Positions 1 to 6,857 of a stretch of DNA of 51,791 bases are shown one piece after another. The notes below the pieces were generated by a model. The model made no database searches and was not told the DNA's origin. It was given only the letters and a program-made list of their open reading frames with translations. The stretch lies in the IMG/VR virus record IMGVR_UViG_3300023218_000017, positions 1-51,791 of that record. One strand, 5' to 3'. The position numbers and the translations under genes are program-made. Within the stretch, counting starts at the first letter, position 1, and each line of letters starts with the position of its first letter. The DNA is from a virus. Its lineage: Duplodnaviria > Caudoviricetes.

Positions 1-2
1 TG

Positions 3-113
3 GCAAACTGGCTCGGCGTCGACGACGGTGACCGGCGGGTGATGTGGGAATGCGACCAAACTTTAACCCGGGGCGCTCCCGGCGTTTGTGTGGTGATCCG
101 TGATGCAAGTTGA
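3..113 (+). CDS. C-terminal fragment of a gene entering the window, possibly a RusA-like Holliday junction resolvase
   Basis: Frame 3 reads ANWLGVDDGDRRVMWECDQ...GVCVVIRDAS*; the LGxDD...W..Q...V.V.I pattern resembles RusA-family C-termini. Partial. Confidence 0.4.
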   Translation, partial: ANWLGVDDGDRRVMWECDQTLTRGAPGVCVVIRDAS

Positions 114-561
114 TTCCGAAGAACTGAAAGCTGCGATTCTTGCCTCTCGAGCCGCCGGAAAGATGACCAACCGGCTCGGCCGGCTGGGGCTGGAGATCGC
201 CCGGGGGTACCTGAGCCGCGATCAATTCGGGGGGTATTCGGTTCAGGAGAAAGAAGACATTCTGGGGGCCTGGTCGGTCCAGTTCGTGAAAAACTGGAGC
301 AACCTGGATCCCGAAGCGAATCCGCACAGCTACATCACCACCATCGTCCGGAACTGCTGGAGGATGTACGAACGGTCGACGCAGCGGCGTCTTCGGCGGG
401 AACACGCGAAGGCCGAAGAGGCGTATTTTGAGCAAATGAACTCGATCAGCCGTTTTGTGCGATACCACGCCAACTTGTTGGGAAATTTCGAGGACGTGCT
501 TTCAGCCGAAGAATTCCACCAAAAGATCTCCGGAGGCATAGATAAAGGTAATCATGAGTAA
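100..561 (+). CDS. T4 gp55-like late-transcription sigma factor
   Basis: VDSEELKAAI...TNRLG...IARGYLSRDQFGGYS..KEDI...NWSNLDPEANPHSYITTIVRNCW parallels the gp55-family pattern (VNNKE...IA..LS...NF..Y...E.MI...NFDP...NP.AY.TQI); lies directly upstream of terS. Confidence 0.7.
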   Translation: MMQVDSEELKAAILASRAAGKMTNRLGRLGLEIARGYLSRDQFGGYSVQEKEDILGAWSVQFVKNWSNLDPEANPHSYITTIVRNCWRMYERSTQRRLRREHAKAEEAYFEQMNSISRFVRYHANLLGNFEDVLSAEEFHQKISGGIDKGNHE

Positions 562-1057
562 GAAACTGACACCGAAACAGGACCGCTTTTGCCGGGAATA
601 CGTGATCGACCTGAACGGGACACAGGCGGCGATTCGGGCGGGATACTCGCCGAGGACGGCTGATCGGCTGGCTTATGAGAACTTGAGGAAACCTGAGATT
701 CAGTCTCGTGTTTCGGAGTTGGCTAAGAAAGTTGATGAAAAAGCGGAGGTGAATGGCGAGCGCATCCTGCGGGAACTACTCTTGATGGCTCATTTTGATC
801 CTTCCGATGTGGCCAACAAGTGTTCGAGTCCGGCGGAGATCGCCCTGCTTCCGGAGCATGTGCGACGCGCAATTGCGGGATGGTCCTGGGACAAGCACGG
901 CAACTTCATCCTGAAGTTCCACGACAAGCTCCGCGCGCTCGAACTCCTCGGCAAGCACCGCGCCCTGTGGACCGAGCGGCATGAGCACAAGCATTCCGGC
1001 GATATGACATTCAACATGGTCTTGCAGACCGAACCTCCAACCAAAGAAACAAAATGA
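554..1057 (+). CDS. terS: Terminase small subunit
   Basis: N-terminal LTPKQDRFCREYVIDLNGTQAAIRAGYS HTH motif and C-terminal K.HDKLRALELLGKH, typical of TerS. Confidence 0.92.
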   Translation: MSKKLTPKQDRFCREYVIDLNGTQAAIRAGYSPRTADRLAYENLRKPEIQSRVSELAKKVDEKAEVNGERILRELLLMAHFDPSDVANKCSSPAEIALLPEHVRRAIAGWSWDKHGNFILKFHDKLRALELLGKHRALWTERHEHKHSGDMTFNMVLQTEPPTKETK

Positions 1058-1305
1058 TACTCGACCACGAAGGGAACACGGTCGGCTTTGCGGCCGACAA
1101 GCAACAGGCACTTGCCAAAATCAACGACCGGATCGAAGAGCGCATTCGCTGGGTGCTGGGCGGCCGCGAACCAGCCGAGGGCGAAGTGGAGCAAAAAGGA
1201 AAGCTTGAAGTCCAGCCGAACGGGAACTGGGCGTTCACCTGGGAGGACGGCGTTTTGCTCCGTGTGCTTTTCGAGAGAGGAAAGATAAGGATGCTCAATG
1301 AGTGA
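1054..1305 (+). CDS. Hypothetical protein, 83 aa
   Basis: ATGA overlap with the terS stop codon. Confidence 0.6.
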   Translation: MILDHEGNTVGFAADKQQALAKINDRIEERIRWVLGGREPAEGEVEQKGKLEVQPNGNWAFTWEDGVLLRVLFERGKIRMLNE

Positions 1306-1435
1306 TATTTGCATCATCTGCGCAAATCCCGTGGGACCCGGCCGGACGCACTCAGATGGCGAATGGCCATCGAAACCCTGCGGCTATCCTTACTTTGTTG
1401 TCGGATATTACCCGCGCGGCTTGTTATGCTTTTAG
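1298..1435 (+). CDS. Small hypothetical protein, 45 aa, with CxxC
   Basis: MSDICIICANPVG...LLCF*; the ATG overlaps the previous stop (ATGAGTGA). Not in the ORF track. Confidence 0.4.
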   Translation: MSDICIICANPVGPGRTHSDGEWPSKPCGYPYFVVGYYPRGLLCF

Positions 1436-1457
1436 ACAAACAACAAAAGGATGTTAT

Positions 1458-1652
1458 ATGAACATAAACACACTACTAACTATTATTTGGACGCTGATAC
1501 TTATTAAAATGCTTAAAACAAGAAAAATAGACAAGGAGTTCTGGTATGAAAAGGGCCGAAATGATGGATGGACTCAAGGGTGGGACGATTATCGTGTAGC
1601 TAAAAATACTCATTCCCAAAGTAAACATGATGAACACCGAGATGTGACATGA
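1458..1652 (+). CDS. Small AT-rich membrane-anchored hypothetical protein
   Basis: AAAGGA RBS before ATG 1458; hydrophobic N-terminus; YEKGRNDGWTQGW repeat-like tail; markedly AT-rich. Confidence 0.55.
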   Translation: MNINTLLTIIWTLILIKMLKTRKIDKEFWYEKGRNDGWTQGWDDYRVAKNTHSQSKHDEHRDVT

Positions 1653-1725
1653 CTGCCCGCTCTCCAGCTTCCACCTCGCCAATGACTCCCGCCGGGCAGT
1701 CATTGTCACCAGCGTCTAGTTCTGC
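1629..1725 (-). mobile_element. attC-like site L1
   Basis: Minus strand: GCAGAAC-tagac-GCTGGTGA-ca-A-tgactgccc...gggcagtca-tg-TCACATC-tcggt-GTTCATC, i.e. 7-5-8...7-5-7 geometry with two unpaired bases. Confidence 0.8.
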
Positions 1726-2413
1726 TTTGCCGCCGGTGCTCGATGCGTGCTGCGGATCTCGGATGTTCTGGTTCGACAAGCGCGATCCTCGCGGCCTGTT
1801 CGTTGACAAACGCCGCGAATCCCACACGCTGACTGACATCTCAAGCAAAGGCGGAATCCGGGAACTGGTGGTCGATCCTGACCTGCAATGCGACTTCACC
1901 GCGCTGCCCTTCCCTGATGCGTCGTTCCCTCTGGTGGTGTTCGATCCTCCACACTTGGAGCGCAACGGATCAAGCGGATGGGTAGGGCTGAAATACGGAA
2001 CGCTGAAAGGCGACTGGCGGGAAACGATCCGCTCCGGATTCTCGGAATGCTTTCGGGTGCTCAAGCCCGATGGAACGCTCGTCTTCAAGTGGTGCGCCGA
2101 CGAAATCCCGGTATCGCAAATCCTCGCGCTGACTCCAGAGCGGCCGCTCTTCGGACACAAAAGCGGCAAGCGGCAGCAAACGCACTGGATCACTTTTCTT
2201 AAGCAGAACGATAAAGTGGAGCTACCGCCGCCATCGACTCCCCAAAACGACCATGAAACCGAAAGACAAAAAAGAGTTCCAGGCTCTCACAAACCTCCAA
2301 GATCGCGCCAAGTGGCTCCTGAAAAAAGGCGTCACGGCGAAAGTGACAATCAACACCGAAAGCCTCGAAGTGGTGGTGACCGCCTGCTCGGCTGGTGTGG
2401 CGCTTCCTGGTGA
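1649..2413 (+). CDS. Class I SAM-dependent (probable DNA adenine) methyltransferase cassette gene
   Basis: VLDACCGSRMFW SAM-binding motif, VVFDPPH catalytic motif, FRVLKPDGTLVFKW. The core is about 1730-2200; the C-terminal tail is read-through past a truncated attC. Confidence 0.88.
   Translation: MTARSPASTSPMTPAGQSLSPASSSALPPVLDACCGSRMFWFDKRDPRGLFVDKRRESHTLTDISSKGGIRELVVDPDLQCDFTALPFPDASFPLVVFDPPHLERNGSSGWVGLKYGTLKGDWRETIRSGFSECFRVLKPDGTLVFKWCADEIPVSQILALTPERPLFGHKSGKRQQTHWITFLKQNDKVELPPPSTPQNDHETERQKRVPGSHKPPRSRQVAPEKRRHGESDNQHRKPRSGGDRLLGWCGASW
2203..2232 (-). mobile_element. Truncated (half) attC-like site L2
   Basis: GCAGAAC is the exact complement of GTTCTGC at the start of the MTase cassette. 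It is followed by one arm only (gataaagtggagctaccgccgcc); no partner arm found. Confidence 0.5.
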
Positions 2414-2483
2414 ATGGCAGTCCGAAGAGGAGGCTGTCGTCGGTGGCACCACATGGCTCGCGCAGAAAGCAGGTCTGGCATAA
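2253..2483 (+). CDS. Hypothetical protein, 76 aa
   Basis: Its TAA stop lies inside the GCATAAC core of the next attC-like site. Confidence 0.65.
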   Translation: MKPKDKKEFQALTNLQDRAKWLLKKGVTAKVTINTESLEVVVTACSAGVALPGEWQSEEEAVVGGTTWLAQKAGLA

Positions 2484-2541
2484 CAATGAGCACTAGCATG
2501 AGTGAGGAACGAACGAATTGTCTAGCTGCGTCTGGTTCTCC
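2478..2541 (-). mobile_element. attC-like site L3
   Basis: Minus strand: GGAGAAC-cagac-GCAGCTAG-a-ca...tg-CTAGTGC-tcatt-GTTATGC; extra base at position 4 of L''. Confidence 0.85.
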
Positions 2542-2821
2542 ACGAGCAAGGATGCTCGCTCTCACTGCTGCGGGATGTTCTTTTCAGTGGGAACCGGGGT
2601 TGAGTCACGGCGGTGACGGGACATATAACGACTCGGCCTATATTCATTGGCTTCGAGCGGAAAAAATCTGTGAAACTTGGGGATTTTCCTACGACGAATG
2701 CAAGCAAGCATGGCAAGACTTTCGGGATCGCCATAAAGACCGATACCCGAGCGGTAATTGGCAACCCGTAGAACAAGCTTATTTGGATTCATTGGAGAAC
2801 GGAAAGGTCGAGCATGAGTGA
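2498..2821 (+). CDS. Hypothetical cassette protein (start inside attC L3; ATG 2486 is an alternative)
   Basis: Starts MSEERTNCL; its 3' part is duplicated, inverted, at 51666-51791. Confidence 0.7.
   Translation: MSEERTNCLAASGSPRARMLALTAAGCSFQWEPGLSHGGDGTYNDSAYIHWLRAEKICETWGFSYDECKQAWQDFRDRHKDRYPSGNWQPVEQAYLDSLENGKVEHE
2675..2800. repeat. 126-bp perfect inverted repeat, copy 1 (partner 51666-51791)
   Basis: Base-by-base match of acttggggattttcc...attggagaac to the reverse complement of the window end. Confidence 0.95.
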
Positions 2822-2857
2822 GGAACGAACGAATTGTCTCGAACCGTCTGGTTCTGT
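2794..2857 (-). mobile_element. attC-like site L4
   Basis: Minus strand: ACAGAAC-cagac-GGTTCGAG-a-ca...tg-CTCGACC-tttcc-GTTCTCC; same loop as L3, with compensatory stem changes. Confidence 0.85.
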
Positions 2858-3089
2858 GTCGCGGGCAGTCGATAACTGCCGCAAGGCTAAAGTAACAAGG
2901 GTTAAGCCTGCGATTCATCACGGTTGCATTCGATTCCTGATTTGCGTCGAAGGTGTTGAGGAAAACGTAGGGGGGATCGTTTACAGTTTTGACGATTCGG
3001 TTTCTTTGTCAGAAATGCAAAGTATCGCCAATGAGGTGAATGAGATTATTTCACAGAACGGGGATTATACGACAGCTGTCCGATATTAA
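2814..3089 (+). CDS. Hypothetical cassette protein, 91 aa
   Basis: Starts inside attC L4 (MSEERTNCLEPSGS); bounded by GTTCTGT and ACAGAAC. Confidence 0.7.
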   Translation: MSEERTNCLEPSGSVSRAVDNCRKAKVTRVKPAIHHGCIRFLICVEGVEENVGGIVYSFDDSVSLSEMQSIANEVNEIISQNGDYTTAVRY

Positions 3090-3096
3090 AAACCAG

Positions 3097-4371
3097 ATGC
3101 CTGATATTCCCGTAACCAAAAATTACGTCAGCCTAAAAAAAGCGGACGCGGCGGGGAACTTTTACAAGGTCCTTGAAGGGTCTTCCGGCTCGGGCAAGAC
3201 CTTTTCGATCATCCAATATCTGATCGAGAAAGCGATGAGCGGCAAGCGGCGTATCACGGCCTATCGAAACGATCAGGCAACGTGCCGGGATTCGATTATC
3301 CTGGATTTTCAAATTGTGATGGCCGAACAGTTCGGGCTCTGGAAGCAGGCGAATTGGAATGGATCGAACATGGAATATAAATTCCCGAATGGATCGATCT
3401 GGCAATTTCGGGGCACGAACACGCCGGCCAAATTGCACGGGCCCCGGCGCGAAATCTCCTGGGGAAACGAGGTGATGGAGATCAGTTGGGAAGCGCACCG
3501 GCAAATCTCCCTGCGGACGAGTGAGGAGATGATCTATGACTTCAATCCGTCGCTGAATTACCACTGGATTTTCGACCGAATCATGCCCCGGACGGACTGC
3601 GCGCATATCCACTCGACATTCCGGGACAATCCGATGCTCCCGGAGAAAGCCCGGCTGGAGATCGAGGGCATGGAGCCGACGCCGGAGAACATAGCCGCGG
3701 GCACGGCGGACGAATGGGGCTGGTCCGTCTATGGTCTGGGCCGACGCGGCCGGCGCGAAGGGGCGATTTTCAAGCTGTGGGACATCACTGACGATTGGCC
3801 GGACCCGATGCTGTGCCAGCGGTGGGGGTTCGGGATCGACTATGGTTTTTCGCTGGATCCCACGGCCGTCGCGGAGTGTGCGCTGTTTCAGGACCGGCTT
3901 TATCTTCGGGAAAGACTCTACGAAAAAGAGCTGGTCGCCCAGGCGAACGCGCTCGACCCGGAAACACCCAGCATTGAGGGCGCGTTGCGGGAAATGGGGA
4001 TCCCGGAGCACGCGCGAATCCATGCGGAAAGCGCACGGCCGGAGATCAACCGGGCACTCCAGAAGTCGGGATTCAAGATTGTGCCTACGATCAAACGTTC
4101 GGATTCAATCCTCGCGGGGATCGACCGCCTGCGCACCTACCCGATAATGATCCACCGAAATAGCCAGAACATGCAGCGGGAGTTCGAGAGCTACACCTGG
4201 GACAAGAACGCGGCGGGCGAGTATCTGGATCGTCCGATTGACCGGGACAACCACCTGGTTGACGCGGCCCGGTATTGGGCGCTCGGAGAAATGGCTCCGC
4301 AGCGAAGCATAATGGCAGGGAAACGGCCGAAGTCACGCCGGGCGAAAAGCAACTTGCGGACATGGCGGTGA
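3097..4371 (+). CDS. terL: Terminase large subunit, PBSX-like
   Basis: Walker A EGSSGSGKT, Walker B ISWGNEV, DFNP motif, HSTFRDNP, nuclease motifs GIDYGF and NHLVDAARY. Confidence 0.93.
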   Translation: MPDIPVTKNYVSLKKADAAGNFYKVLEGSSGSGKTFSIIQYLIEKAMSGKRRITAYRNDQATCRDSIILDFQIVMAEQFGLWKQANWNGSNMEYKFPNGSIWQFRGTNTPAKLHGPRREISWGNEVMEISWEAHRQISLRTSEEMIYDFNPSLNYHWIFDRIMPRTDCAHIHSTFRDNPMLPEKARLEIEGMEPTPENIAAGTADEWGWSVYGLGRRGRREGAIFKLWDITDDWPDPMLCQRWGFGIDYGFSLDPTAVAECALFQDRLYLRERLYEKELVAQANALDPETPSIEGALREMGIPEHARIHAESARPEINRALQKSGFKIVPTIKRSDSILAGIDRLRTYPIMIHRNSQNMQREFESYTWDKNAAGEYLDRPIDRDNHLVDAARYWALGEMAPQRSIMAGKRPKSRRAKSNLRTWR

Positions 4372-4850
4372 AGCTGCATCAGTCCGGGGATTCGCGCGTG
4401 ATTCTTTGGGCGCTGGAGCAGATGCAACAGGAATGGCCGGAACTGGATTTGTTTCGGTGGGCGAAAGGTGAAAGCCTGCAAAGCAAGTCCGAGTGGATCG
4501 CAGCCAACGCTCGGTTCTGGCTGGTCTGGCACGGTGAACGCCTTGTCGGCTATCTCGCCGCAACCGATCAGGGCAGAGGCCGATGGGTGTTTCACTTCGG
4601 AGGCCGGCGGGTGCTACCGCCAAACATTTTCCTTTCGGGATGGCGTGAATTTCTCGAAATCGCGGAGCGTGAAGGGGTCCGGTTGGTGGCGGCATATATA
4701 CCACCGGAGCGGCCCGCAGTCCGGCGGATGGCTCGACTTTTTCAATTCCGACGATTTTCGAAAATATTATGGGCATGGGAGGCAGTGTACCGAAACTCAA
4801 ACCGCCGCCAAAGGCTGCGCCAAAAACGACCCCGGAAGACGAGGACGTAA
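4362..4850 (+). CDS. Hypothetical protein, possible GNAT/acetyltransferase fold
   Basis: Overlaps the terL stop; FWLVWHGERLVGY...VRRMARLFQFRR pattern. Confidence 0.45.
   Translation: MAVKLHQSGDSRVILWALEQMQQEWPELDLFRWAKGESLQSKSEWIAANARFWLVWHGERLVGYLAATDQGRGRWVFHFGGRRVLPPNIFLSGWREFLEIAEREGVRLVAAYIPPERPAVRRMARLFQFRRFSKILWAWEAVYRNSNRRQRLRQKRPRKTRT
4690..4700 (+). promoter_or_regulatory. Candidate late promoter CGGCATATATA, copy 1
   Basis: Exact 11-mer seen four times; this copy is about 70 bp upstream of the small gene/portal pair. Confidence 0.55.
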
Positions 4851-4960
4851 AGCAGGCGGGAGACGCGGAGCGCCGGAGGCTGGCCGCAATGCAGGGGCGT
4901 AACCAGACCGTGCGGAGTTCGCGCAACGCCGCCGGGTATAAAACCGTTCTCGGAGTCTGA
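4769..4960 (+). CDS. Small virion/assembly protein preceding the portal
   Basis: MGMGGSVPK.KPPP...RRRL...KTVLG pattern and position typical of T7 gp7.3-like/BPP-1-type genes. Confidence 0.65.
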   Translation: MGMGGSVPKLKPPPKAAPKTTPEDEDVKQAGDAERRRLAAMQGRNQTVRSSRNAAGYKTVLGV

Positions 4961-6609
4961 TGGACGAACTAGGCGATAAAGTTGTCTCGGGCTATGATGC
5001 GCTTAAATCCGCGAGGGGGACCTTTGATTCCCGGCTGGATGACATCACGTTCTATGTCCTTCCCGAGTATGAGAATCAGAATGAGCGGACCAGAGGCGAC
5101 GAAACCCCGGACCGTCCTGCGTCTTCGGCTCCGACGGATGCGGCGATTCTGCTGGGCGGACATTTGTTCTCGCACCTGGTGCAGACCGGGGACCAGTGGT
5201 TCACGATCCGGGCGCGTAGCGATTCGGACGCGGATACGGACCGCGAGACGAAGGAATGGCTGGACAAAGCCGGGAAAAAAGCACTCAAGGCGATTCAGAA
5301 CAGCAATTTCGCGGAAGCGTTTGGCGAGATGTGCACGCTTTACGGAACCTACGGGACCGGATCGATTTCGACCGATTGGGACCAAGAACGGGGCGAACTT
5401 ATGTTTCGCAATCATCCGATTTGCGGAAACATTTACCTGACCGAAGACGCGCGCGGCCGCGTGAACGGCGTGACAAGGCTAATCCGATACACGGCGGAAC
5501 AAGCCGTCGAGCGATACGGGCGGGACAAGTTGCCAAAATCTGTGATCGATTGCTACGGCGACCCGGCCAAGCAGGGCGAGAAGCACGATTTTATCCATCA
5601 GGTCTCGCCGAATCCGAATTACAACCCGGAACGCCGGGACAGCGGATCGATGAAATACCGTTCGCTGCACGTTCATCGGAAAGACAAGAAGGTGATCGAG
5701 CAGGGCGGGTTCCGCACTTTCCCGTTTGCCTGCCCTCGCTTTATCAAGGTTCGTGACTTCCCATATGGCTATGGCTCCGGGCATCTGGCATTGCCCGCGA
5801 TTCGCGAGCTGAACAAAGCGGAAGCGGATTTCATGGACGCTTACGAGATGGAGGCATGGCCACCCGTCTGGTTCCCGGACGAAGAGGCGGTGGAAACCTC
5901 TGAAATGGCTCCCCGAGCGATGAATTACTTCGATCCGCAACTAGGCGTACCCTTTCAACTCAAGACCAACGGCAACCCGGGCGCGCTTTTCAACCGGATC
6001 ACACAACTGGAACAACGGGTCAACCGGCAGTTCTTTATTGATGTGTTTCTTGCGGTCTCCGCCCGCTACGATCAGGAAAAGACCGCCCGGGAAGTCGATG
6101 AACTCTCCGAGGAAAAGCTCTCGAGTATCGGGCCTATGGTGTCCCGCCTGCAAAGCGAGTGCTTCGCTCCGATGATCGAGCGGGTCGTGGATCTTCTGAT
6201 CGAATCCGAGGTGATCGATCCCCCTCCCCCGAATTTGGCCGGCGAAGGCTTCCGGATCGTTTACACGTCCCGAGTGGATTCGAAGCTGGCGGCAATCGAG
6301 GTCAACCAAATGCTCCGGGCCGCCCAGGAAGCTTCCACGCTTCTGGCGATGGATGCCGAGAATCCGCAATTTTCCCGAGTCTTCAAGGCCGAGGAAGGGG
6401 CGATCAATATTCTCGAGCGCCGGAACGTGAACATGGATTTGATTCCGACGAAAAACGACCGCCGAAAAATGGACCAGGCGGATGCCGAGGCTATGGCGCA
6501 GGCCAAGCAGCAAGAGGCAATCGCCCAGCACGTCGGCAAGATCGACCCCGGCAAGCGCCCAGAGGACGGTTCGCCCATCGATGAGCTGGCGAAAGGAGGA
6601 GGGCTCTAA
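4960..6609 (+). CDS. Portal (head-tail connector), T7 gp8/BPP-1 type
   Basis: 549 aa; YGTG, GGFRTFPFACPRF, YGYG.G, KTAREV...EEKL..IGPMVSRLQSE...P.IER motifs. Confidence 0.9.
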   Translation: MDELGDKVVSGYDALKSARGTFDSRLDDITFYVLPEYENQNERTRGDETPDRPASSAPTDAAILLGGHLFSHLVQTGDQWFTIRARSDSDADTDRETKEWLDKAGKKALKAIQNSNFAEAFGEMCTLYGTYGTGSISTDWDQERGELMFRNHPICGNIYLTEDARGRVNGVTRLIRYTAEQAVERYGRDKLPKSVIDCYGDPAKQGEKHDFIHQVSPNPNYNPERRDSGSMKYRSLHVHRKDKKVIEQGGFRTFPFACPRFIKVRDFPYGYGSGHLALPAIRELNKAEADFMDAYEMEAWPPVWFPDEEAVETSEMAPRAMNYFDPQLGVPFQLKTNGNPGALFNRITQLEQRVNRQFFIDVFLAVSARYDQEKTAREVDELSEEKLSSIGPMVSRLQSECFAPMIERVVDLLIESEVIDPPPPNLAGEGFRIVYTSRVDSKLAAIEVNQMLRAAQEASTLLAMDAENPQFSRVFKAEEGAINILERRNVNMDLIPTKNDRRKMDQADAEAMAQAKQQEAIAQHVGKIDPGKRPEDGSPIDELAKGGGL

Positions 6610-6857
6610 TGCCCGAGCAAACCAGAACCGGGCTGCGCTCCGCGAATCTCGGTCGCCTGGTCGAGCAAGTCAGCCGACTGCCCGAAGGCAAGGAACTGCT
6701 GGAGGCCATCGACCGGGAATGCGGCTATCGGCGAACGGTATTCGCTCCGGGTTGCGAGCGGCAGAATAATTTCAACCAAGGAAAACAGCACGTGGCCAAT
6801 TGGCTGCACGAAAAACACGACAAATACCTAATCCAAGGATCAGAAGATGAAAAATAA
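6609..6857 (+). CDS. Small protein between portal and scaffold (Bbp19-like)
   Basis: EGKELLEAI...FNQGKQ.V pattern and synteny. Confidence 0.65.
   Translation: MPEQTRTGLRSANLGRLVEQVSRLPEGKELLEAIDRECGYRRTVFAPGCERQNNFNQGKQHVANWLHEKHDKYLIQGSEDEK

Noticed and set aside
2414-2497. ORF-track upstream starts (2414, 1302, 3040, 4275, 9512, 23269, 38977, 39207)
   Set aside because: They overlap upstream genes; downstream ATGs with an RBS or stop/start coupling fit better.
2478-2857. Repeated ATGAGTGAGGAACGAACGAATTGTCT as a CRISPR repeat
   Set aside because: Only two exact copies, about 316 bp apart with a whole ORF between them and no cas genes; better explained as attC loops.
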